Origin: Methanomassiliicoccus sp.
GTDB taxonomy: Archaea > Thermoplasmatota > Thermoplasmata > Methanomassiliicoccales > UBA472
NCBI GenBank assembly: GCA_004525545.1
Contig: SPCU01000001.1
Location: forward strand, 3,468-67,467
Direction of reading: 5' to 3'
Length of the DNA stretch: 64,000 nt
Shown: one piece after another, positions 18,362-28,906 of the stretch
Position numbering within the stretch: position 1 is the stretch's first letter
How the letters are laid out: each line of letters begins with the position of its first letter
Made by a program: the position numbers and the translations under genes
The notes under the pieces: generated by a model
What the model saw: only the letters and a program-made list of their open reading frames with translations
What the model was told of the DNA's origin: nothing
Database searches by the model: none

Positions 18362-19257
18362 CATTCCTGGGCACCGGCGGCAGCGTTCCAACTACCAAAC
18401 GGAACACGATGTCGATCGCCCTACGTCGGGGGTCGGAGGTACTACTTTTCGATTGTGGGGAGGGTACCCAAAGGCAGCTGATGTCATCATCCGTCTCCTT
18501 TATGCGCATCACCAGGATATTCATCACCCATCATCACGGAGATCATTTCCTAGGTCTGCCCGGTCTGATCCAGTCCATGAACTTCTACGGTCGCACGGCC
18601 GTTCTGGAGATATACGGGCCGGAAGGGACCGCCGACCTGGTGACCCGACTGCTCGGTCTGGGCACATTCGACCTGCAATATCAGGTACACGGCATGGACC
18701 TGGCCCCAGGACAAACGGTCGCTGGAGAAGGCTACCGGATCACTGCCTTCGGGACCGCCCACACCACCCCATCCCTGGGTTTCGCATTTCACGAGGAGGA
18801 CAGACCAGGTAGGTTCGATCCGCAAAGGGCATTGGACCTCGGGATCAAGGAAGGGCCGAACTTCTCAAGACTGGTTCACGGAGAGAGCGTGATGGTTGGT
18901 GAGGAGCGCGTTACTCCGGAGGAGGTCATGGGGCCCCCAAGAAAGGGATTGAATATCGTATACAGCGGCGATTCCTCCCCATGCCAGGAAATGCGTGACG
19001 CATCCCAGGGCGCGGACGTTTTGATACACGAGGCCACAGTGACCTCGGATCTGAGCGAGAAGGCCAAGGAATACGGCCATAGCACCTCCAAGGACGCGGC
19101 GGTTCTGGCCAAGGACGTCGATGCGAAGGTGCTCTATCTGGTCCATATCAGCGGGAGGTACGACGAGGTTGAGCCGCTTCTTCTGGAAGCCCAAGGAATA
19201 TTTCCCAATACGATAATCCCAAGTGATCTGGATACCTTCATTGTAAGGAAAGAATAG
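18352..19257 (+). CDS. rnz: ribonuclease Z (tRNA 3' endonuclease)
   Basis: MDLTFLGTGGSVPT...LLFDCGEGTQRQL...ITHHHGDHFLGLPGL is the metallo-beta-lactamase RNase Z signature. About 300 aa. Confidence 0.9.
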   Translation: MDLTFLGTGGSVPTTKRNTMSIALRRGSEVLLFDCGEGTQRQLMSSSVSFMRITRIFITHHHGDHFLGLPGLIQSMNFYGRTAVLEIYGPEGTADLVTRLLGLGTFDLQYQVHGMDLAPGQTVAGEGYRITAFGTAHTTPSLGFAFHEEDRPGRFDPQRALDLGIKEGPNFSRLVHGESVMVGEERVTPEEVMGPPRKGLNIVYSGDSSPCQEMRDASQGADVLIHEATVTSDLSEKAKEYGHSTSKDAAVLAKDVDAKVLYLVHISGRYDEVEPLLLEAQGIFPNTIIPSDLDTFIVRKE

Positions 19258-19278
19258 AAATTCATATGTGAATATTAA

Positions 19279-19857
19279 TTACATCAGCTTGAGCAGATCG
19301 GCAGATGTTATTATCCCGGTCATGTCACCGTTCTTGCTCACCATGACCGCGTGGGAACAGCTCAGTAGGGATGTCACCGCCTCAATGGGAGTATTCTCGT
19401 TCACAATGGGAAAAGCTTCATCCATCATCTCATTGACCTTGAGCTCGACGATGGTCTCCATGCTTTCACCGTCCCTCAATCTGGTCAGGATTATCATCTC
19501 GCTTATGCTACCCACATGCTGGCGTCCTTGGAAGACCGGCATTTGGGAAATCCCGCTCGAACGCATCAGGTCAGTTGCGGCCCTGACCTTTTCCGTGGCC
19601 TGGACCCCTACGATGTCCTTGGTGGCCAGGTCCACCGCCTTACTAGCTTTGGACCTCCTGCGGGATTCCTCTTGCAAAAAGGTGAATATCTTGGTCACCG
19701 CCTCGTAACTTCCTTTAATATTCCCTCTTTCCAGCTTTGCTATGGTGGACTGGCTGACCCCACTCGAACGTGCAAGTTCTGATTGCGTGATGTCCAAGGA
19801 CTTACGTAGATGTTTGATATCCATTTCAGGAGGGAACTTCATGCTATGTAATAGCAT
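19279..19857 (-). CDS. transcriptional regulator, XRE-type HTH fused to a CBS domain pair
   Basis: LDITQSELARSSGVSQSTIAKLERG (HTH) is followed by two CBS-like repeats (ATKDIVGVQ...SGISQMPVF; VNEMMDEAFPIV...HAVMVSKNGDMTGIITSADLL). Confidence 0.8.
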   Translation of the reverse strand: MLLHSMKFPPEMDIKHLRKSLDITQSELARSSGVSQSTIAKLERGNIKGSYEAVTKIFTFLQEESRRRSKASKAVDLATKDIVGVQATEKVRAATDLMRSSGISQMPVFQGRQHVGSISEMIILTRLRDGESMETIVELKVNEMMDEAFPIVNENTPIEAVTSLLSCSHAVMVSKNGDMTGIITSADLLKLM

Positions 19858-19973
19858 TATTCATATAAGAATATTTGAGTCAATTACACTTATATCAAAT
19901 TAGGAATTTACAATGGCTTATTCAGCCCGGTAATCCCCGGGTCATTCGAATCAATACGAAAAGGTGAAGGTTC

Positions 19974-21272
19974 ATGGCAAAAGTCAGTTCAAAGGTCAAG
20001 GCTAGCGCGAAACCGGTGGCCCGCAAGGTAGCTCCAAAGAAGCCCTCAAAGAACATCGTTGTGGAGAGCATATTATCCACCCCATTGGCCCAGCAGAAGG
20101 TCGAATTGGTGGAGCGCAAGGGAATAGGTCATCCAGACAGCATATCTGATGGTATAGCCGAGGCCGTCTCCCGCGCCCTATGCAAGATGTATCTAGAGAG
20201 ATACGGGGAGATCCTACATCATAACACCGACCAGAACGAGATCGTCGGCGGACAGAGCGCCCCCAAGTTCGGCGGCGGTAAGATGCTGGAACCGATCTAC
20301 ATATTGCTTTCCGGAAGGGCAATAACCCAGGTGAACGGCGAGAGGTTGCCGTTCTCAACCGTGGCCATCACCGCGGCGAAGGAATATCTGACCCGCTTCC
20401 CTAATCTGGACATCGAGAACGATGTCATCGTGGACTGCAAGATCGGCAAGGGCTCTTTCGACCTGATCAAGAACTTCGAGGCCTTAGAGGACCGATGCAA
20501 GATGGAAGGACATGAGAACAATTGTCTGCTGGCCAACGACACCTCCTTCGGCTGTTCCTATGCCCCATACTCCGAGACCGAACTGGTCTGCCTGGAGACG
20601 GAAAAGTATGTCAACGGCGCCATGAAGAAGAAGCTCAAAGAGACCGGCGAGGATGTCAAGGTCATGTGTTCCCGGAGGGACAAGAAGATCACCATGACCA
20701 TCGCCTGCGCCATGGTCGATCGTTATATTCCTGACGCCGACCACTACGCCAGCGTCCTGAAGGAGATGAAAGAGAGGGTCCTGGACAACGCCACGAAGTA
20801 CACCGATTATGATGTTGAACTGGACATCAACCATGCTGATAACCCGGCGACCGGCAATTTCTATCTGACCGTCACCGGTCTGAGCGCTGAGAACGGAGAC
20901 GATGGATCGGTGGGACGCGGAAACCGTATGAACGGACTAATCACACCTTACCGTCCTATGTCCATGGAAGCCTCCGCCGGTAAGAACCCCGTCACCCACG
21001 TGGGCAAGATGTACAACATCCTGGCCAACTGGATCGCCAACGATATCGTGAAGAAGAGCAACGGCAACATCTTGGAAGCCAATGTGCGCATCCTGTCTCA
21101 GATAGGTCGTCATATCAGCGATCCCGAGACCTGCAGCGTACAACTGTTCATGGCCCCCGGTGCGGACTTCAAGAAGTGGCAGAAGGAAGCCTATGCTATC
21201 TCTGACGAATGGTTAGAGAACATTGGTAAGGTGACGGAGAAAGTTGTAAAAGGACAGGTAACGGTATTCTGA
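19974..21272 (+). CDS. mat: S-adenosylmethionine synthetase, archaeal type
   Basis: VERKGIGHPDSISDGIAEAVSRALCKMY...HHNTDQNEIVGG and a length of about 400 aa match archaeal MAT. It has a Lys/Ala/Pro-rich N-terminal tail. Confidence 0.95.
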   Translation: MAKVSSKVKASAKPVARKVAPKKPSKNIVVESILSTPLAQQKVELVERKGIGHPDSISDGIAEAVSRALCKMYLERYGEILHHNTDQNEIVGGQSAPKFGGGKMLEPIYILLSGRAITQVNGERLPFSTVAITAAKEYLTRFPNLDIENDVIVDCKIGKGSFDLIKNFEALEDRCKMEGHENNCLLANDTSFGCSYAPYSETELVCLETEKYVNGAMKKKLKETGEDVKVMCSRRDKKITMTIACAMVDRYIPDADHYASVLKEMKERVLDNATKYTDYDVELDINHADNPATGNFYLTVTGLSAENGDDGSVGRGNRMNGLITPYRPMSMEASAGKNPVTHVGKMYNILANWIANDIVKKSNGNILEANVRILSQIGRHISDPETCSVQLFMAPGADFKKWQKEAYAISDEWLENIGKVTEKVVKGQVTVF

Positions 21273-21275
21273 ATC

Positions 21276-21860
21276 ATGAAACTCGTCGATCTGCCCCGCT
21301 ACGGTCCGGTGCACCGCTTTGGAAACCATCACGTGTACCGCACGTTGATGGCGCTCTCGGACCAGAAACGTAAAGGAAGAAAGCATATAGCGGACGTGGT
21401 GGGCATCGGCGAAGGCAGTATGCGGACGATAATCGAGTACCTACGAGGCCTTGATATGATCGACATCCGGCAGACCGGGGTCAAGATCACCCGCCACGGA
21501 AACGACTTCCTATCCAATCTTCCCATTAAGATGGCCAACATCGGTCATGGCTCCATCGCCCTGGGACAGGAGTGCGTGGCGGTACAGATGAGCAATAACA
21601 GTGACAATATCAAGCTGGGTGTGGAGCAGAGAGACTCGGCCATCATGGCCGGGGCGGATGGCGCTACAACACTGGTGGTAAGAGGTGGAAAGATGATAGT
21701 ACCACCCGACTATGAGTTGGACGAGCACGATCCAGCTATTACCGCCCTACTTCGCTCCGTCTTCAACATCCGCAACGGAGATGCCATAATCATCGGCACC
21801 GCCCCCACCGTGGCCATGGCGGAGGACGGGGCGTTGGCGGCGGCCTTCGATCTACTTTAA
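21276..21860 (+). CDS. conserved archaeal hypothetical protein with N-terminal wHTH-like region (possibly DUF4443-like)
   Basis: [36 protein letters not shown] looks like a winged helix. It starts 3 nt after the mat stop. Family name given from memory only. Confidence 0.45.
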   Translation: MKLVDLPRYGPVHRFGNHHVYRTLMALSDQKRKGRKHIADVVGIGEGSMRTIIEYLRGLDMIDIRQTGVKITRHGNDFLSNLPIKMANIGHGSIALGQECVAVQMSNNSDNIKLGVEQRDSAIMAGADGATTLVVRGGKMIVPPDYELDEHDPAITALLRSVFNIRNGDAIIIGTAPTVAMAEDGALAAAFDLL

Positions 21861-23870
21861 CATCCTTTCTATCTCCGTCAGGTCCTCTGTTTCCGGCAGA
21901 CAGGTGCCTTTTAGGCAAAGACGGTAAGAAGGTCTCTGACGGACCGCGCCCTTCTCCAGGTGCTCGGCCATTATGGTCATCAGATGAGGGTGGTATCCCT
22001 CGATATGAAGGTTCCCGGGCCCGAATATCTCCAACGTTTTGCTCGTTTCCTTCATGAGGACCCCATTGATGAACATGGCATATGACGAGGTCACTACCCG
22101 CAGTTCCTTTAGGAAATGACGCTCGCTGCCCTCCACGACCGATACTATCCGCGCGTCGTTGAACAGTGCGGCCAGTTGTACTAGGATGAAGTAGGCGATC
22201 GAATTGCCCGAGGGCGCGGCACCGTCATAAAGGTCCTTGATACGAACCAGCAATAATGGGTCTTCCCGCGACATGAAGAGACCGCCCTCCTCCTTGTCGG
22301 CAAATAGGTTTATCATCTGCTCAGTGAGGCCCAGCACCCTCTCCAATTGTTTCGCTTCGTGGGTCAGATAATACATCTCTAAATGGGCCCAGGCCAGGCT
22401 TGCGTGGTCATCGAGGAAGGATGGGGCGCCAACATGTCCCGTTCGACTGTTATGGTATAGTTCCCCATCGACCACCATCCTTTCCTCCAAGAAGGTGAGC
22501 GCTTGTTTAGCCATGCGCAAAGCTCTTTCCGAACCTAGGTAGCGATGCGCTTTGCATAGGGCGACGATCATAAGACCGTTCCAATCCGTCAATATCTTGT
22601 CGTCAAGGGCAGGGTCAGGTCGTTGATCTCTTTTCGATCTCAATGTTTCCCGTAGATCAACGTCCCATGCCATTAGGGCGACCGGGTCCATCCCCTTCTT
22701 CGTGGCATGTTCGGCCACGAACGAGGTGAGATGCAGAACGTTCTTGCCCGACCTCATGTGTGTCCCCTCATCCCGATAATTGCCGGAATCCCAGATCCCG
22801 TAGAGCTCCTTGAAGATGACCATGTCCTCTGCGGATAGAAGTGAGGATAGCTCATCGTACGTCCAAAGATAGGTCGACCCCTCCTCACCGGCCGCATCAG
22901 CGTCCTCGGAAGAGAAGAAGCCGCCTTCGAGCGAGGTCAAACGTTTTTCCACATACACGATCAGTTCCTCGGCGGCCTGACGGTATTCCTGTTTGGCGGT
23001 GATGGCATAGGCTTCGGTCAAGGCCATCAATATCAATGCCTGGTCGTAAAGCATCTTCTCGAAATGGGGTAGGTGCCATCGGGGGTCCGTGGAGTAGCGG
23101 TGGAAGCCTCCTCCGACGTGGTCCCTGATCCCCCCCTTGATCATGTTATCCAGCGTTTTAACAACCATATCGAGGGCCACTTGATCGTGATGTTCCCTCC
23201 AATACCGCATAAGGAAGATCAATTTATGTGGAGAGGGAAATTTGCGTTCCCCGTCAAAGCCACCGTACTTAGGTTCGTAATCCTCTTTCAATCGCTCCAG
23301 GGCGAGCAGTGGTAATGTTGAGACATCGCCCTCGTCTGGGTCTCGTTCGAACGAATCGAGCATCTCCAGGACCTTGACCGTCACACCCTTGATATCATCC
23401 CTTTCTTCCAGCCAGACCTTGTTCACCGCCGGCACGAGTTCCAGCATGCCGGTCATTCCCTGTTTGGAAAAACGAGGCAGGTAGGTCCCGGTCCAAAAGG
23501 GGACCCGGTCCGGGGTCATTATGATGGTAAGCGGCCATCCTCCGCCACCGGTCATCATCTGGCAGACCTTCATGTACAGGCTGTCCACGTCCGGACGCTC
23601 TTCTCGGTCCACTTTGATGTTGACGAACGTCTCGTTCATAAGGCGGGCCACCTCGAGGTCCTCGAAGCTCTCCCGTTCCATCACATGGCACCAGTGGCAG
23701 GAAGAATAACCTATGGAAAGGAAAATGGGCCGGTCGAGCTCCCTAGCAGCCGCGAACGCCTCCTCCCCCCAAGGATACCAGTCCACCGGATTATACGCGT
23801 GCTGTAAAAGATAGGGGCTCCTCTCCCCGACAAGGCGATTTCCCTTTCTTTCCTCTACCATAATTTCCAT
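21852..23870 (-). CDS. thioredoxin-domain protein of the YyaL/DUF255 family (N-terminal Trx-like domain + alpha/alpha toroid)
   Basis: [29 protein letters not shown]...[20 protein letters not shown] is the DUF255 signature. About 670 aa. Confidence 0.85.
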   Translation of the reverse strand: MEIMVEERKGNRLVGERSPYLLQHAYNPVDWYPWGEEAFAAARELDRPIFLSIGYSSCHWCHVMERESFEDLEVARLMNETFVNIKVDREERPDVDSLYMKVCQMMTGGGGWPLTIIMTPDRVPFWTGTYLPRFSKQGMTGMLELVPAVNKVWLEERDDIKGVTVKVLEMLDSFERDPDEGDVSTLPLLALERLKEDYEPKYGGFDGERKFPSPHKLIFLMRYWREHHDQVALDMVVKTLDNMIKGGIRDHVGGGFHRYSTDPRWHLPHFEKMLYDQALILMALTEAYAITAKQEYRQAAEELIVYVEKRLTSLEGGFFSSEDADAAGEEGSTYLWTYDELSSLLSAEDMVIFKELYGIWDSGNYRDEGTHMRSGKNVLHLTSFVAEHATKKGMDPVALMAWDVDLRETLRSKRDQRPDPALDDKILTDWNGLMIVALCKAHRYLGSERALRMAKQALTFLEERMVVDGELYHNSRTGHVGAPSFLDDHASLAWAHLEMYYLTHEAKQLERVLGLTEQMINLFADKEEGGLFMSREDPLLLVRIKDLYDGAAPSGNSIAYFILVQLAALFNDARIVSVVEGSERHFLKELRVVTSSYAMFINGVLMKETSKTLEIFGPGNLHIEGYHPHLMTIMAEHLEKGAVRQRPSYRLCLKGTCLPETEDLTEIERMLK

Positions 23871-24356
23871 GAACGAAGCTGCAAGGTAATCTAACTTACC
23901 CTTGACATCTGGACCAATGGTATGGATGAAAGTATGAAATGAGGATTTGAACAGATCGGTCGTTCAAGCAAAGGGATGGGACGCACGAGTGAGCATTCGC
24001 AAAGATGAGGGCGGAATTAGGGATGGTGTTGGACTCGGTGCAGCCGAGTCGCTAAAATACGCCACATCCTCTATCCCGATGGTGATAGTGATCTCGATCG
24101 GCATCAACTGGTTATCCATGCCATAGTTCCGAATGTTTATAAAAGACAAGAAAGGGTAATAAGAGGTTTGGAAGTGGTTTGGAAAGCCGGTCGTCATCGA
24201 CCGTAAACCCCTTTTTACGTTTCTCCTCCCATTGGTCCGATAGGATTTTCGAATCCCCTTATCCCGTCGAACGTCAATGGTCATGAAATTATCTTTTAAA
24301 TAAATTTGTGTGCGTAATAAAATGAAAAAGGGTTTGAAGAGGTTTGATGCAGTCGT

Positions 24357-26072
24357 TCACCATTTTTCCATCATGGGCATCATTACCCTTTCCGCCATGT
24401 TCTCCAGGGTCTCGATTCCGGTGACCTTCTGGGCATAGGGCGTTAGGGAGGCGATGTCCATACGTTCGATGTGCTGGAACTTGAACTTGCGACTGCCGGC
24501 CATGAGCTGCTTTAGACCTTCTCCCACGCGTTCAAAGTAGGTGTACTCGCCCACTGCGCCATAGGGTATATCCTTACCCAATAGTTTCCCAGGGAAGCGG
24601 TCCTCGATCTCCTGAGCGTTGATGAAGAAATGACGGGGGTTGGTGCCATAGCAGGTTGCGAAACCGCTGGGCAGGCTGTTGGCCTCGGCCAGTTTCAAGT
24701 AGTTGTGGCTCTTCATGACCGTCAGCAAAGGAGCACGGGCCATGGCGATGGCCTTAACCAGGGGCCCATCGCCAAGATTGCTCATGGCCATGGACTTGTA
24801 GATCTGTGTCTCGTTGACGAAACCACCAGCCATGACCAGGTCGGGTATGAACTTGCCCTTCTTCTTCATGACCTGGGCGCACATCATTATCTGTGCCTGA
24901 AGATGCACCGTCGGGGTGCTCATCTCGTTCATCATGGGGACCGGGGACATACCAGTACCGCCGCCAGCTCCGTCGAAGGTCAGCATGTCGATCTTGGCCT
25001 CGGATGCCGCCTTCATGGTGAAGGCCACCACCTCAGGACGATAGGCTCCGGTCTTCAGGAAGACATACTTGGCACCCTTGGACCGAAGGTCCTCTGCATC
25101 CTCGACGAACGACTTATGCTCAGGGAATCCCACGCGAGAATGCCTCTCGAAGCTCTTGAAAGTGCCATTCTTGAACGCCTCCTGAACATCCTTGTCCTCG
25201 GGGTCTGGCAACACCAGGTATCCCCTCTTCTTCAATTCCAGGGCCCGCTCCAAAGTGGTGAGCCTGACCTCGCCGCCGATTGCCTTGGCGCCCTGTCCCC
25301 ATTTCCTTTCTATGATGTCTACCTCCAACTTGGACAGCGCGTATTCGTCCACGCCGCCACGCTGGTCCTCGACATTGGTCTGAACGGCGATGCCACCGTG
25401 CTTCCCGTCCCATAGCTCACGGAAGGAGTTGACGCGGAACTCCAGATCGGGGGATCGGGTAACCTTGCCGTTGCTGTACGTGGACTCGTGGTCCATTCCG
25501 CACACGTTCTCGCCCACGGTCTGAATTATTCCGCTTATGGCAGCGCCTTTCGCCATAGCATCCCAGTGACGCCTGGCGACGGCGGTGGAGCCCATACCGG
25601 CGATGACCAGGGGTACCTTGAGGGGGATGGGATTCTTGGAGTGACTAGCAACATAGGTGGTGACGTCGGCGTTCTCAAAGAACGCCTTGTCCGAAGTTGG
25701 TTCGATGCCATAGGCACCGATCAGCTCGGCCATGATCTGGAAATGCGACCAGTCGAGGTGGAAATCCTTATTGGAGGCGGCGGTGCTCTTTCCGAAGTAC
25801 TCGGGGATCGGGTAAAGGACCTCGCGACCCCGGAAGGCGGATTTTCCTACTTCGCAAAGAACGTTGCAATCCTCAACGCAGATGGGGCACATACCGTTGA
25901 CCGGGCTGATATCCGACACTCTGGTCTTTGTGCCTGTTGTCGACCTACTGTTTTCTATGGTGTTCAAGGTTGATTTCACGCTCCTTGTAGAACTATATTC
26001 CGCTTGGATTAGTTGTCCATATATGAATATTACCCAAAAGAAATTAGATGTTTGCTCATATCCTATATACAT
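24357..26072 (-). CDS. glutamate synthase domain-2-like FMN oxidoreductase with N-terminal Cys cluster
   Basis: CPICVEDCNVLCEVG Cys cluster, and FDGAGGGTGMSPVPMM resembling the GltB FMN-domain signature. The start is uncertain (ATG 26072, GTG 25979 or ATG about 25892). Confidence 0.75.
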   Translation of the reverse strand: MYIGYEQTSNFFWVIFIYGQLIQAEYSSTRSVKSTLNTIENSRSTTGTKTRVSDISPVNGMCPICVEDCNVLCEVGKSAFRGREVLYPIPEYFGKSTAASNKDFHLDWSHFQIMAELIGAYGIEPTSDKAFFENADVTTYVASHSKNPIPLKVPLVIAGMGSTAVARRHWDAMAKGAAISGIIQTVGENVCGMDHESTYSNGKVTRSPDLEFRVNSFRELWDGKHGGIAVQTNVEDQRGGVDEYALSKLEVDIIERKWGQGAKAIGGEVRLTTLERALELKKRGYLVLPDPEDKDVQEAFKNGTFKSFERHSRVGFPEHKSFVEDAEDLRSKGAKYVFLKTGAYRPEVVAFTMKAASEAKIDMLTFDGAGGGTGMSPVPMMNEMSTPTVHLQAQIMMCAQVMKKKGKFIPDLVMAGGFVNETQIYKSMAMSNLGDGPLVKAIAMARAPLLTVMKSHNYLKLAEANSLPSGFATCYGTNPRHFFINAQEIEDRFPGKLLGKDIPYGAVGEYTYFERVGEGLKQLMAGSRKFKFQHIERMDIASLTPYAQKVTGIETLENMAERVMMPMMEKW

Positions 26073-26220
26073 CTTATAGATGAATGTCTAATATAAGTAA
26101 GTCAGTAATAGTATAATCGATTATTTGTCTAAATTACATAATTATCGTATGTGAAAACGAGTAGGTTATCGGGGATAATGTTTATAATCAAAAACAATTA
26201 ACAAAGCCTGGTGTTCCTAG

Positions 26221-26421
26221 TTGGGTCTCAACATTAAATATCTAGGTGCGATTTGGGGGGCTGCGGTCGGTATCTTAATTGGAGACGTGGTCTATTTTTT
26301 AACAAATGAGGTGTCGGCCTTTCTATTGCTCATACCCTTCGCCTTGATCGGTTACATATTGGGGAAAAAATACTATCGCAAGCACGGTTCCTTAGATGAG
26401 ATGGCTCGAAAGCGTATGTAA
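26221..26421 (+). CDS. small hypothetical 2-TM membrane protein (first gene of the SPFH/zinc-ribbon cluster)
   Basis: 66-aa ORF with a TTG start, two hydrophobic helices (YLGAIWGAAVGILIGDVVYFL; AFLLLIPFALIGYILG) and a basic tail. It follows a 148-bp AT-rich gap. Confidence 0.4.
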   Translation: MGLNIKYLGAIWGAAVGILIGDVVYFLTNEVSAFLLLIPFALIGYILGKKYYRKHGSLDEMARKRM

Positions 26422-26472
26422 GCCAAAATTTAATACGCCACCATATCATGATGGACCGAGGAGTGGGTTCAT

Positions 26473-27006
26473 TTGCCTGACATCAGGGATAAGGTGGAAG
26501 ATGACCGAGGTCTACTAAAGAAGATCCAATTGGTCATACCGGGTTTCCGTGGCTATCGTATCAGGGAGGACCTTAGGGATTCCGATCGCATGCTCAGGGC
26601 GGAATTGGCTAAAAGACTGGGGCTGCAAAGGACTCAGCTGGAGGAAGCCAGAGGCGCTCTGGTACGCAATGATCCCATGTCCGATGCATTAGAGGAGATC
26701 GGTGGTGTCATCAACCTGTTTAAAAAGGTAGAAGGTGAAATGGCCCACGCCGAGGTCGGCTATTCCGGAATATCCGCCGACATTAAGATCAAGGATAGAG
26801 AGCTGGACAGTCTTTATGAGTATGACGCGTCCATGATCGAGAGCCTACAATTCATTGACCAGGCCTTGATCCAGGTGCCTGAAATGATCACGTCGGGAAA
26901 CGACAACGATCTGATGTTCGCGATCGATACTGTGAGGTACAGAGTGACCGGTCTCGAGGAACGATTCAAGCGCCGAAAGACCGCTATCACAGGAACGGGG
27001 TTGTGA
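26473..27006 (+). CDS. hypothetical soluble protein, predicted largely alpha-helical
   Basis: 177 aa, TTG start, charged heptad-like stretches (RMLRAELAKRLGLQRTQLEEARGAL) and no TM segment. It ends 4 nt before the SPFH gene. No family recognised. Confidence 0.6.
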   Translation: MPDIRDKVEDDRGLLKKIQLVIPGFRGYRIREDLRDSDRMLRAELAKRLGLQRTQLEEARGALVRNDPMSDALEEIGGVINLFKKVEGEMAHAEVGYSGISADIKIKDRELDSLYEYDASMIESLQFIDQALIQVPEMITSGNDNDLMFAIDTVRYRVTGLEERFKRRKTAITGTGL

Positions 27007-27010
27007 ACAC

Positions 27011-28153
27011 ATGAGCTTGATAGGTGCAGAGACATTCAATTGGGAGGAAGGGGAGAAGCGGAGCAACATCATGTACCGCATGCCTCGCAACATTCGTTTC
27101 AATGATAATATCGTAGTGCGGGAGGATGAGATCGCCGTGTTCTACCGGGACGGTAAAGCATTGGCATACCTGGACCGCCCAGACCGTTACGCTCTTACCT
27201 CGCTCAACGCCCCCATCATAGGCAAGGTCATTGAGGCCATATCGGGCGTCAGACAGCATGCTGAGGTCGTCTACCTGCAGAAGAAGGTGTTCGACGGAAA
27301 GTACGGCAGCAAGCAACCCTACCAGTTCCGGGACGCTGAGTTCGGCATGGTCAACCTCAGGGTCTTCGGTGAATTCCGTTACAAGGTCGGTTCCCCGGAG
27401 AACTTCGTCAACCAGTTCGTGGGCACCTTGAACTACGCAACCTCCGCCGAGGTGGAGGAGCGCATCAAGGAGCAGATGGTTGTGCTGATCTACAACGCCA
27501 TCGGTGACATGAAGAAAAAGGGCATGGCAGTGGCCGATCTCGCCAGCCAGCTGACCAACATTGAGCAGGTCATCCTGAACAAGGCGAAGGACCACTTCGG
27601 TCTTTATGGCATCCTTATCGACAAGGTCTCGGGTATGTATGTCTCCCTGCCGGACGAGGTTCAGAAGGCGGTGGACACTCGTGCATCCATGCAGATATTG
27701 AACACCAATTACGCCACATATCAGGCTGGCCAAGCCATGCGTGAGGCCGCCACCAACCCGTCGGGAGGCGCGGCAGCTGCGGGTGTAGGTATAGGCGCAG
27801 GGTTCGGTGCCGGTTACATGATGGTCGATGCCGTACGACAAGGCTCGCAACAACCTGCCCCTGGTGCGATACCAGCGGTTCCGGCCGCGGAAGCGGTGCC
27901 AGATGCGAACACGGTCCCTTGTCCCAAATGCAATGCGCCAAATCCTTCTGAGGCCAAGTTCTGCCGAAATTGCGGCAACAAACTGCAGACGGAGAAGATC
28001 ACCTGCAACAAGTGCGGTAAGGAGGTTCCAGCGAATTCCAAGTTCTGCTTGGAATGCGGGCAGCAGTTGAAAGAAAATAAGAAATGTCCGAAGTGTGGCA
28101 AGGAGTTGCCATTGTCCGCAAAGTTCTGCCCTGAATGTGGGACTGGGATTTAA
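27011..28153 (+). CDS. SPFH/Band-7 family protein of the YdjI (Band_7_1) type with a C-terminal glycine-zipper segment and three zinc ribbons
   Basis: The N-terminus NWEEGEKRSNIMYRMPRNIRFNDNIVVREDEIAVFYRDGKAL parallels B. subtilis YdjI-type proteins. It is followed by GGAAAAGVGIGAGFGAGYMMV, then CPKC..CRNCG, CNKC..CLECG and CPKC..CPECG. Confidence 0.85.
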   Translation: MSLIGAETFNWEEGEKRSNIMYRMPRNIRFNDNIVVREDEIAVFYRDGKALAYLDRPDRYALTSLNAPIIGKVIEAISGVRQHAEVVYLQKKVFDGKYGSKQPYQFRDAEFGMVNLRVFGEFRYKVGSPENFVNQFVGTLNYATSAEVEERIKEQMVVLIYNAIGDMKKKGMAVADLASQLTNIEQVILNKAKDHFGLYGILIDKVSGMYVSLPDEVQKAVDTRASMQILNTNYATYQAGQAMREAATNPSGGAAAAGVGIGAGFGAGYMMVDAVRQGSQQPAPGAIPAVPAAEAVPDANTVPCPKCNAPNPSEAKFCRNCGNKLQTEKITCNKCGKEVPANSKFCLECGQQLKENKKCPKCGKELPLSAKFCPECGTGI

Positions 28154-28162
28154 GGTGTTCAA

Positions 28163-28906
28163 ATGGCTAGCATGAAATGCACCAAGTGCGGGGCACCGGT
28201 CGAGTTCGATGCAGGGGACAAGTTCGTAAAATGTTCCTACTGCTCCTCTCAGATCTATGTCGACCGTTCCGGGGCCGGGTTCTATTATGCATTACCTTTC
28301 GCCATGGGAGAGAACGACGCCATAGGCGTCTTTCGACGCTGGGGCGGAGGCTCTAACAAAGCCAAGGACTTGGACAAGCTGGCCCAGATATCCTCATTGA
28401 AGAAACAGTACTTTCCGGTCTACATGTTCAAACGGGATGTCGATGGTATGGAACAGGTTCACGTGGAACCTGCCGCCTCCACGACCTTGCCCGGATTGCA
28501 CAGTTTGAAGATACCAGGCGGTGACCTGAAGATATTCGATGATAAGTTCGACAGCTCGGGTGCTGAGCTGATCAAGCCGGACATCGAAATGGCCACCTAT
28601 CTTAGCGACCTACCTGGAGCGGCCAAGGAACAGGCATTGGTCTACTTCCCCATCTGGAGGTTGGACTATGTCTTCGAACAGCGCACTTTCGTGGTGGTCA
28701 TCAGCGCCTCATCGGGCGAGGTGTTCTCCGCCGACTTCCCTCAGCGGAGCTCAGTTGCTTACATGGCCGTGGCCGGCATCGGGTTCGTGGCCTTTCTGGC
28801 CGAAGGATTGCTGGCATTGAGCTCCCCGCTACCTGCGATGATCATGATGGTAGGAACCGTGGTCGCAGTGTTCTTAATGGCCAACTTCGTTGCCAGGAGG
28901 ATGTGA
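28163..28906 (+). CDS. zinc-ribbon protein with C-terminal TM hairpin (paralogue 1 of 3)
   Basis: N-terminal CTKCGAPVEFDAGDKFVKCSYC, motifs YFPVYMF and YFPIWRLDYVF..SSGEV, and two C-terminal hydrophobic helices. AAGGTG lies upstream of the ATG. Confidence 0.75.
   Translation: MASMKCTKCGAPVEFDAGDKFVKCSYCSSQIYVDRSGAGFYYALPFAMGENDAIGVFRRWGGGSNKAKDLDKLAQISSLKKQYFPVYMFKRDVDGMEQVHVEPAASTTLPGLHSLKIPGGDLKIFDDKFDSSGAELIKPDIEMATYLSDLPGAAKEQALVYFPIWRLDYVFEQRTFVVVISASSGEVFSADFPQRSSVAYMAVAGIGFVAFLAEGLLALSSPLPAMIMMVGTVVAVFLMANFVARRM

Noticed and set aside
23871-24356. 485-bp gap with a 106-aa minus-strand ORF (23964-24284), and a GGATT-CGAAA-ATCC-like hairpin near 24243
   Set aside because: The ORF has no motifs and odd composition. 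The hairpin does not extend into a tRNA cloverleaf, and I found no RNase P or C/D-box signatures. It is left as unexplained intergenic sequence.
26987-28162. 391-aa minus-strand ORF covering the whole SPFH gene
   Set aside because: The plus-strand product has clear SPFH and zinc-ribbon motifs and sits in an operon. The antisense translation is Leu/Arg/His-rich without domain features.
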